The position numbers and the translations under genes are program-made. Of a stretch of 64,000 nt of DNA, positions 53,513 to 64,000 are shown one piece after another (positions within the stretch are counted from its first letter, which is position 1; each line of letters opens with the position of its first letter). The DNA is from Tubulanus polymorphus. Its lineage: Eukaryota > Animalia > Nemertea. The notes beneath the pieces are model-generated. The model made no database searches and was not told the origin of the DNA. It worked only from the letters and a program-made list of their open reading frames with translations. The stretch is from contig NC_134026.1 of the NCBI RefSeq assembly GCF_964204645.1, positions 24,338,150 through 24,402,149 on the forward strand, in the 5' to 3' direction.

Positions 53513-54845
53513 TAAACCACATAACAACCTTGCTGAGATGGAAAGTCAAGCCAACAAAAACTACAAATGGAAGATGAATTATTTAGACTTCATGTATTTA
53601 TTAATATAATTCCTAAAATCATAACTCACAGGATATACTGATGCCAATCAGAATGTTAAAGTTTACAACTGAATATTCCTTAAAGTATTATGATTGACCA
53701 GTCTAGCATTTTGGAATTATTCAGTCCCTGGGAATGGCTTGGATCTACAGAATCTTAACGCTGGAAGTATAAACTCCATTTGCCCGAGGGAACAATGAAA
53801 GACAATGTTCATCTGAGTAACCACAGGTTTATTCTCATATCATGAGTTCCTATGTATCCTAAGATGCTAGCTAGCATGGCGGCAGTTTTATTAAGCCTAT
53901 CACAACCGATTGTATTCAGATTTTAAACATACTTCATTTTGTAATCCAATCAATATCTGATGAAGAAACTATAAAACAAAATCTAACTTTTTCACTGACA
54001 AACTAAGCATCTTAGTAATTTACTAAAATCATTATTTTTATTGCTTGACCTTACTGTATCTATGTTCCATTGTAAATCTCAAGAAGGATATTTACTTAGC
54101 TGGGAATTAAAACAAGCAAAATCAATGCGTTGTGGGGACCATAAAAAGCCCAATGCATAACGGAAAATTTACCCTGACACCATCTCAAATACCTCATAAC
54201 TGACAAACCACGTGCCCCGACCAGAAAATGCACATTCAAAAATTAAAATCTAGGATCATTTTAACTACGGGCTTAGGATATTATATCAAAGGATGAAATG
54301 CTCCCCGAATTTTCCTTTAATCAGAGCATAAAGCTATTATTAAGACGATAAAATAAATTAACTTTGTTGCAAGTTTGACAGTATGATTCTAATTCTAAAT
54401 CAGTGGAGTCTCCGTGCCAGATCAAGACAAATAGGGAATGGACAGCTTGGAGCATCAGTGCACATTACAACTTATTTTTCAGAATTGTTCAACAGAACAT
54501 ATATTTTTGTAGGATGATAAATACAAAAGCAGCACCATTGAAGAAATAACACATGCATGAACTGTACCAGTAAGGTTGTGCCATCTATTATTCAATCTTA
54601 AAAATCATAGAATAACATTATCGTACAAGCAAAAATAATTTAAAACTTTCACCTTTCAAACTTTTTTTCTAACTACGTAATAAAATCATCATACTGAGTT
54701 TGATGACATAAACTAACAATTCAGTGTCACATTCAATTAATCTGTACATAGCCTAGAATTGTAATCTGAAGAACACGACACGGTTTTAAATCCAATTCTG
54801 AAAAATCTTGCCCAGTGATTGAATGCGTTAATGTGCACAGTCTGT

Positions 54846-56911
54846 TCATGGTTTGGCCGTTTCACACGCTTGAACGGATGGAACTGCACCAGTGGCTATA
54901 CTCGGTAAATAGTGAGTCGAGGACGACAAAGCATTCACTTTACCGAATTCGTTCTCGTGTACGACCGACGTTGCGGTTGAATCGTTCTGCTGATGCTGTT
55001 GCTTCGTGATGAAATACTTAAAGAACTCATAAACCGACCACGATATCGCAGTAGCCGGCATCTGAAACACGACACGCGCCGAAACGCCCTGGAAATATCC
55101 GGTGAAACCGCGAATATTGTAGACAGTCCTGATAGCGTTAACCATTCCGTCAATGCGCACCGACGACGATGCAACAGACACGGTTTGCGTATTCAATAGA
55201 GTCTTGCAAACATCTAATGGTGTGGTGACCGCAGCTGCAATGGCGCCGGCCAAGGCACCAGATATCACATGTGAACCGGGATGGTAATTCCTTTGAGAGT
55301 TGAGAAAGTCTTGCATCAACTCGTACATGACAAAATGAATGCTCTGAAACGGCACGTTCATAGTCAATTGTGTTGTATAGCTTCGATAGAACGCGCGTAA
55401 TCCTTCAGTCCTTAGCACAGAGCGAATACAGTCTAGTGAACCTGCGTATGGACTTTTATACATTTGAAGTCTTTGTTTTATCACTGTGAAAAGTTCCGCA
55501 GTAAACACAAAACATGAAAAAGAAAACAAAATCAGCGTAAGAACAAAACTACTATTGACCGCAAAAAATGGTGGAAATGGCAAGTATTGCGTTTTACGTA
55601 CCTTCTGCTGGGTTCATAACAGCATCATGTAACAATGTAGCAACACAGCCAGCAGCTCCTGAAAACGAAGCAGAGATAGAATCATATCAGCTGAGTGAAT
55701 CAAACGCACATCAGTGGAAAATAGGGTTCAAACTTGCAAATAATTCGATTGGACTTGAAGGCAAATAATCCTACTTATCAATTTGTGATAAACAAGAAAT
55801 CAGTTGTATGACTAAGTGTTCATTTTCAACAATTACATTAGATTATCATGTGTACCTACCATCGTCCTATGGAAAGATTGCAAGATAATACTCTATATAA
55901 AGAGAATTTATACATTATCGATGCATAAATAATCAATATAATTGATTTTATCTGTTAGTGACTATTGTGTAACGATGAACATAGAGCAGTATCTAAATCA
56001 CAAGAGCATAACTAAATGGAATTAATAAACTTCAAAATTGATTCAATCAGGAAACTGATTAATAATGGTACCATTTGATTTTGATATGTAGTGTAATAAG
56101 TCATTACGGAGCAATAGATATGTTGAATTGTTATTATCATGAGCATGATAAAGGTGATATAAATGCGATCTCAAAAACTTTTTACAGGGATTCTCCATAA
56201 ATAATCATCAAGGCATCAATTTAAACTATCATTATTGCATATAATATAAAAATTAAAGCTGGATGAAGTGACTAATGAGATGGCGCATAGATTTAAATAT
56301 GTCCAGAGAGCAACAGCTGGAGTTACCGTGTGCTATGACATGATGGCCATAATTCGACGAACTGAATGCCTTTTTTAAACGTTCGTAACAAGCGAAATAC
56401 ATGGCATGGGCGGGTCCGGCTCCACCGATGACAGCCTGCATGCCGCGCATAGTCTGACGAATTCCCTCGCGTCGAATGATGTTCTCCAAAGCGTGTGTGA
56501 TACTTTTATAACGAGCCTTCGGATGTGGTTCCAAGATCTGCATACGAGTCTAAAATAACATTAAAAATAAGTGTAAACTACAAATATCTCGCCAAATACA
56601 TCGTCCCATAAGCATCAAAGAGGTGGTAAGGTCATAAACAAGGGTCACGACAAATTTGGATTATTATAGTAGTAGGCCTTCACTGCGTATACTAATAATA
56701 CAGCCAGACCCAAACAAATATGGTATACCTAAAATTCTCATAAACAGAACTTTGCAGGTACACTGAGACATCGTCAACATACCTTCACACAGTCGACAGG
56801 GTACATAACGCTATGTTCCATAATTCCAGCCAAGGCGCCGGCCATCATGTGGGTTTTTACCGACGTCGTCGTTGGGAGGCTTTCGTACTCGTCTCCTTCC
56901 ATGTCGAGCAT
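54846..56911 (-). CDS. SLC25A37: Mitoferrin (SLC25A37/SLC25A28-like mitochondrial iron carrier), 4 exons
   Basis: Exons 56911(or 56902)-56783, 56549-56327, 55658-55602, 55483-54846. Peptides [84 protein letters not shown] and [14 protein letters not shown]. Confidence 0.97.
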
Positions 56912-57299
56912 CAATTCGGCTTGTTCACTTATAAAGTCGTTTTCTCAGTGAGATCATGAAGTTGTCAAACTTGTTACGTCATCTAGTGGACATAGTTTCA
57001 GGATAAGACCGAGAAGACGACACCGACCGAACCTTCCTGCCAGGCTCGGGTTATTTCGCCATGCTGAACTGAAACGCAGCCAATCAACGTCGAGTACCCA
57101 GTCATGTGTGAGGGACCGTATTGCAATTATAAGTTAAAGAGGGCAGCACCAGATGACCGTGTCTCAGAACTCACCCATAGCTGAAGAACAGCAACGCCCG
57201 ATTCCTTGATCCGACAAATTACAATTACCACAAAAATGGCAGCGGCCAGTCGCGACAAAAAATAATCGAATTTGGATAAAAGAGAGCATTAATTTCACA
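56912..57299. promoter_or_regulatory. Bidirectional promoter of mitoferrin(-) and BOD1L(+)
   Basis: Start codons are divergent and under 400 bp apart; CpG-rich; CCAAT (~57080), YY1-like AAAATGGC (~57233) and partial CTCF-like AGAGGGCAGCAC (~57138). Confidence 0.7.
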
Positions 57300-60200
57300 A
57301 TGGAAGCCCCCAGCGTATCACACGGTGATCCGAAATTGATTGAAGCTATTGTGAATCGTGTGAAATCACAGGGAGTGTTTGATCAACTTCGTAAAGATTG
57401 TATTGCTGACGTTGACACGAAGGTAACGTAGTTCGACCAATTAATTTTGGGACCCCAATTTTGACGTCAATTCTACCTGAATCGGTCATCTTCAACATTT
57501 ACAAAATTCAAAGAAAAATTCAAACTCAGTAGCTTAACTAATGTTTTTTGCAACTACCCCAAACTAATGTTGGTAATTCAAAATCCATAGAAGTAAAAAC
57601 AGTACAAATCTCATTTTCTAATGAGTAATATATATTTATTATAGCGAACGTTTTCGGGAGTTACATTATCCCCTCTTCAGGCATAGCGCAAGTGATTAAA
57701 TTTACATATCATTAATAATTGATAATTATAATACAAAGATAATCAATTACACACAATCTAATGTTGGTAATTTCCCATTTGTTGTTACTTAGACCTGTCC
57801 TTTTTGTTATCCTCTAATAGATTTTCATTTTTGTTCTAAAACAAATGTTTTTCATTTCAGCCAGCATATCAGAATCTTCGTCAGAGAGTGGAAAGCTACG
57901 CAGAGAAATTTGTACATAACCAAAAGTGGAGTTCAGATCTGAATAAAAATCAACTACGTGATGGCCTACGAAGAGAACTTAATGAGTAATTTAAATTTCC
58001 GTATCCAGCCATGCTATCTAAAACACATTTGCCTAATATTGGTTTTATAAAATGAAAATTTAGTTGGCAATACATGTGAAAAAATGCTTGATTCTTTTCT
58101 TTTAATATAGGACTGGTATACTCACTAGTGGTGTTGATCGAATTGTTGAACAAGTTGTCAATCCTAAGATATTTAAGGTGTTTAAACCCGAGATTGAAAA
58201 GGTTGTCTGCGAATACCTCAATATTGACCTGAAAGAAAGAGAAAATAGGGAGAAACGCCGACAAGAAATTCAACAACAAACCATGCATCAGAACATGGAG
58301 AATTTGAAAGAAAACTTAAAAAAAATGCAGCAAAGCCCACAATCTGGTAAAAAACCATCATCATTTCATTTAAAAATTCTTTTCTCTTTCATTTGAAAAT
58401 CAAATTATCTGAGATCTCTTGTGTTATTCAGGTTCACCAGGCAGTGCAAATACATTTGGTTCGCCGGGTTTCAATCAGAATCGGATGCCATATTTTCCAC
58501 CCTCAAGTTTACCGAATGTGGCTATTCCGCCACCTCCGATGCAACAACAGCCGATGTTTGGAGCATTTCCATTTCAAAATCTGCCACCACTACCGCCAAT
58601 GCCCATGGGAATGCCACCTTTACCCCCTATGCCTCCTCTGCCACCTATTCCCGCAAATCCGTTGATCCCAGCTTCAGTTCCGACACCCTATTTAGCAACT
58701 CAACAGTATCTTCAGCCACCTGGAACATCAGGAGCCGCAGTACCGTTCGGTACTATGACCTCGACAGCAAATTCAGCAGGACAATCTCCAGTGCCTGTAT
58801 CAAATGTAACTAGCCAGGTTCCAACAACTGCTGCAAGCACTCCCTTGCAAACAGATGCTCCCGATAAAACACCGTTAACATCCACGCCAAAAGTAGAGAC
58901 AGATAATGTTGTTAAAAACGAGCGCAAGAACTCTGAATCAGAATCTAAAAAGGTTGATAGTAAGAAAGAGCATAAGAATATGAGTGCATTAAAAAGTAAA
59001 GATAAAGATACAGTCGTTGCATCACCAAAAGAGTCACCGAAAGCAAAAGAATCGCCGAAAGTGTCCATTGACTCGCCACAGGATTCGCCAAAGCCTGAAC
59101 CAATGCCTAAACCAGAGAAATTGATTGATGCTTTCAAGAGAGAACAGGAGAAAGAAAAACTTATGAAAGATACTGGAAAACTAGGCGGTATAACTAAAGA
59201 TCCAAGCAAATTAGGCAGCATAAAGCGCGAACATTTTGCTGGTAAAGGCACGGCGAAAGAGCCTCCCTTAATGAAGGAAAAAAATGTCATTAAATCGAAG
59301 GACATCAAGGTACTCAACAAAGACATACGATTTGATAAATTAAAGGAACGCTCGAAAGATATCATTAAGCTTCCCTCCGATCCAAAAGTAGAACGTGCCA
59401 AAGAAAAGATGTACGAACGCATGAAAGAGATGAAGCCGGGAATCATGAAAGAAAAATCAATTCATAAGTCGGAGCACAAACATCGCATGTTTATAGAAGC
59501 GGAGAAATATAAAACTGATACGAAAATCAAGAAAGCAATGCCAGTGGATATAAAACCTGAGAAAACTTATCGCTTCGCTTGGGAAAGCCAGATTCGAGAT
59601 CTGGATGAAGATCAACTGTCAGATATTACAATATCTTCCGTTCACACGGATGACTTATCTGACTTTGACGTCTCAACTGGTGAATCAGACGCCGAATCGC
59701 AGAATTCGAAAGACAGGGACATTCCACAGAAGAAACTAGGTAGAATTCCATGTTCATAACATCAATTATAACATCAGGAATCCTTTTGTTGGTTTGCGTA
59801 CACGTAACATCCTATTCTATTTTGCACTTATAGCGATGAAAAAAGAAAAATCACCAGTGGAAGTTGATGAGGAACCACACAGAAATATTGTAAGTATTTA
59901 GAAATCAACAGATTAACTGGTACATGTGTGGGCTATCTTGTACAGATTCATTGCCTGAATTGTTCTTTGACATATTGAAATTGGTTAAAGAATTTTGATT
60001 TATTATGTTTTCAGTTTGATGATTTCTTTGTGAGTTTTAAATCTTTTTTGTCTATTGCTATATATGCCAAGATATTTCCATTACACGCTGTATACAATAA
60101 TCTGAGTTATATATGACTCGACAGAGCTAAATCTAGGTTATAAACGTGGAGCTGGGTCCTGCTGTGGGAAGAAGTATTAAGTGTCCATATCCAAATTAGA

Positions 60201-63200
60201 AAAGCCAGTGAAGTTATTTGCAGTAGTCATTGCCTGGTTTATTCCTATTTACATCCCACTCTGGTGGTCTGTGGTTTTCATCTATGGTCATTGGTATTTC
60301 TCTCTATCATACCCATGAATGTATAGCCAAGGTGTAAATTTGATAAAAGGGTTTTTATGAATGGTGGTTATGTTGCTTACTAATGTGAATGGAAAATCAC
60401 TACTTGCTTTTTACAAGTAACAATGATTATTCTGTTGGTGGCTTTATTCAAAGATGTCTTAACGAAAGACCTGTGGTCAACATTTTTGCAGTTACTGTAG
60501 TTGGGTTCATGCAATAATCATTGTGACATAGCTATACGGCTTCAATGGCACACTGGTACATTTTTCATTCCTTCCCCTACTTCTTTGGTTGTAGGTCTTG
60601 TATTTATGATTCCGTAATTTTGACCAAAAATTCTTCTTTTTGGCTAAATTTGAATCCAATACTGTTAGAATCAAAATAATGAGTTCTTTTTCAGTCAAAA
60701 GACAAAGGAGATCGTCATTTGAGCCGTCAAGAACGGCGAGCACAAATTGAGGCAAAGATCAGAGAGATAGAAGAGAAGAAAAAGCAATTGAAAGAGCAAT
60801 GGAAGAAAAGACGAGAACTGGGTGAAAAAGGTACGTGCTTTTATTCACATTGAAAAGGTCATGGATCGTCTATATTTGTCCACCAGTTGAAATTACATAA
60901 TAGATTTTATGCTTTGCAGCAGATACATCTATAAAAGAAACTGTTAAACCTGAACCAAAGAAGAAAACTACGCAGCGACAGAAAATGTCGAAACAAGCAA
61001 AAGAAGCGCTGAAGGAGCAGCTTAAAGAACAGAAGGTCATGGAAAAACGAATGGCCTTACGACGGCAAAGAACTCGTAATCCACGCTATGAAAATGAAGA
61101 GTTCATATCAATTTTCACAGAAAAACGTCAAAAATCACATCTAGCAAGTTTATACGATGAATCTCCTCTTTTACACGTGGAAGAACCTAAAACTAAACCA
61201 AAGTTGAAGAAAAAAGATACAGAAGAATCGCTTTACGAGTCGATATCAGATTCTAGTCAATCGGATAGTGAATTCTCTAGCAAGAAAGTTAAAAATACGA
61301 AGCTACCACCGTAAGACTTTTATAGCTGTTTCTTCATCTCCAATTATCTGAATATCTACTTTAACAGCTTGTGCTCATTTTTTCAGACGGCCACCGAGTG
61401 AATCAGATTCTGACAGTCCTGTCATCATCCCAAGTGAACCCAAACCGAAGCCGCCAGCTGCATCTTCGACAGCTAGGTATCGTTATGACACATCCGATTT
61501 ATACAAGCCTAGAATGAATTTACGAAAAGAGGGAACTTCACCGAGACGTGGTGGCTCTCCTGAACCCCAAATAACCAAGCCATCTCCTGCGTAAGTAGAG
61601 TACTAGACAATCAAATCTTTCATATTTTGTTCAGATGATAATGGATGTTGATTTGAAAGAATATTTATGATCTGTCCTGATATTTTCCAGAATGGCTAAT
61701 GTTTATAAACCCCATCCAGCAGCACCTGTGGCTACGAGAAAGCCATCAGATGACAAATCATCAATTGCGTCAGATTCTGATTCGTCGGATTGTAAACGAA
61801 GTAGAACACCGGTTGATTTATCAGAGTTCGGTGAAGCTGCTCGTCGATATTCCAAGTAAGTAACAAGTCATACCCCTTAAATGAAGATCAATTGGCTAAA
61901 GTTTTTGATTAAATATTTAGTTGTGTTTACTGGGTTTTTTCATTATTTCTACTTAAGAACGTTAAGCAGAAGAGTAGACCAGTTTGGTAGATCTCGGTCA
62001 CCCATACAGGAAAGGTCAAGATCCCCACCACCCTATAGAAGGTCTGTATTTACATCTTTGTGCTAAAAAAAATATTAGCATGTATGTAACGTGTAACGTC
62101 TGAGACATTTTTGTGAACTTTTTACAGTTTGAAGAAATCGGTGCCAGTTGAACCAGCTCCGTTCTCTGATCCCCAAAGACGATTTTCAAGGTACCGTATA
62201 ACAAAGCACGTACATATGTATTGAAGTGTACTACCATAGAGGCTTGTTAATGGTGATTTTTGACATATTTTTGGGGATTTATTCAGATGCTATCTCTGTG
62301 CAGGTCGTCATATTTCTTAACTCTTTGTACATAAGCGTTGTAGTGGGTCATAACCTCAGTCTTGTAATACGGATTCATTGTAGCAGTAAACGTAGTGATA
62401 TTTTGCATTAATTACAGGCCTGTTTGTCCCCATATGCAACCTGCACTGCCCACCCCTGTGATGTTGCGGCCCCAAATCGGTCAGTGTCTTATACATAGAC
62501 ACAATCTTGGTGAGATTCCATTGTAGTCGACATGCTACACAGTAAAACACACAAATGTTTGTGCTATTTTGTTTCACTCACCAGTTCATAACTCAGTGAG
62601 AATATTTTCAATGATATTAAGATCACTATTGCGCATATTTTCACCTAAATGACGCACATCATGCTTTAGTAATTCTGTTTTGAGGTTTTCACTAATTCTA
62701 CTTTTTTACAGTACATTAGCTAAATTTCTGGTTGAATCTTTTTTAAAGTTACTATAAATTGTATATTTGTTTAAGGTCTATCAGAAATTATTTCATTAAA
62801 GGTTATATTTCAGTGATTTGTACGATCCTGAAATACCTACACCAGGAACTCCAGAAACGTGAAGTACGATAACCGCCTCAAATCTCATCCTCCTTCCTTC
62901 AACATACCGTAGATCTAAAAATTGCTTTATCTGTTGTTGTTGTTCAGATTTCCTGAGTCATTTGGTATTGTAGAATTGGGTTGTAGGTAAAAATTGGTTG
63001 AAAACGGTGATGGAGTTCAAACTTACTTTGTTGCATGGAATAATTTATGAGATTTGATTCTGATTATCTTTTTTCCATTGCTTTTAAGTTAGGATCTTAT
63101 TATTCTTAAATCGAATCATTTGAAATAGATAATTGGTTGAGGCTCACATGAATGTTACAAGTGGTTAAATGTGACCCTGAGATGGTTGATTGCCAGTAAA

Positions 63201-64000
63201 TGTGTTAGATACCGGTATATGTTTCAATATGTTATGCTTTGTTTAGTGTCAAATTTATTTGCCGCTGTATGGGTTGGGCAGTGTACTATTTCACCTACAT
63301 TCTAACTGTTCTTTGATTCATCTGAATTTCAAATGTTTTGAACTTAAATATTTCAGAGAACGGCGAGAAAAACCTGTCACAGAAATGGATTTTGGTGAGG
63401 CCCAGAGGCGTTATGGACGGTACGTCTTATGTTCATACCAGCATGCCACTTAAAACTTATACCAGAGTCACACTTAAAACTTACAATTTGTTTTTCTATT
63501 TAAGGCGTCAGCGTGCAGTTAGTCCCTCGTCTTCCCGGTCACGCTCACCACCTCGTGGCAAGAAATCACTTAATGCTGCCTCAGACAGTGACTCCGACAT
63601 CGAACCCGTTTACAAACGGACTCCTGCAACTCCCGTGCCAACAACTAAAAGACAACGCACTACATCATCATCAAACCAATCACCCTCGAAATTTGATGAT
63701 GCCAGCGGCACTAGGGCGAAATCTCCGACATCACCTCCCATCAAAAGATTGAAGGCTTCACTACCACCAGCTGTACCGACTGTTCCTGTGCGTGGAGCTT
63801 CACCTATATCTGATGGAGAATTATCTGATGAGGGCGAACTACCACCTTCCCCTGCTCGCTCAGGAACACCTGTCCTTGATGAACCTGCACCCGAGCCTTT
63901 AGTTGGAGAGGCTCAATATCTTGGAAAAAACAGTGTCCAAGTGGAGTTAAAGGATAATTATGTGTTATTAGATGACGGGGAAAAAGTCACAATGGCAGCA
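57300..64000 (+). CDS. BOD1L1: BOD1/BOD1L-family protein (Shg1/COMPASS-associated domain), long low-complexity form, 3'-truncated by the window
   Basis: Exons 57300-57422, 57861-57985 and 58111-58346 give GDPKLIEAIVNRVKSQGVFDQLRKDCIADVDTK|PAYQNLRQRV...LNKNQLRDGLR...GVDRIVEQVVNPKI. Then a Pro-rich and Lys-rich exon 58432-59739 with LSDITISSVHTDDLS, followed by further charged and RS/SP-rich exons. Confidence 0.92.
60015..60029 (+). CDS. 15-nt micro-exon of the BOD1L gene (FDDFF)
   Basis: TTTTCAG|TTTGATGATTTCTTT|GTGAGT, phase 0-0 between exons ending 59889 and starting 60694. Confidence 0.7.

Noticed and set aside
53500-57060. Iron-responsive element in the mitoferrin UTRs
   Set aside because: The CAGTG loops I checked on the minus strand lack the 5-bp upper stem and bulged C.
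58712-59446. 244-aa antisense ORF, and similar shadow ORFs over TPST and mitoferrin exons
   Set aside because: Explained as reverse or alternate-frame shadows of real coding exons; no recognisable domain.

Overview
Eukaryotic (invertebrate-like metazoan), AT-rich genomic DNA with spliceosomal GT-AG introns. It carries seven protein-coding genes: the 3' part of an unconventional myosin XVIII (+), an ankyrin-repeat/SOCS-box gene with an intronless CDS (+), argininosuccinate lyase (+), tyrosylprotein sulfotransferase (-), prenyltransferase alpha subunit FNTA (+), mitoferrin (-) and a BOD1/BOD1L-family gene running off the end (+). Two pairs are head-to-head (TPST/FNTA and mitoferrin/BOD1L). Several non-autonomous TIR transposons have readable target-site duplications; three are packed into FNTA intron 1, including a near-perfect ~290-bp foldback nested inside a second element. 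The least explained signals are in the two long introns of the myosin motor region: a candidate in-phase alternative first exon that would give a motor-less myosin-18, intronic poly(A) signals, candidate micro-exons, and a twin ~40-nt motif with a complementary partner site. All splice models were read by eye and no database searches were run.
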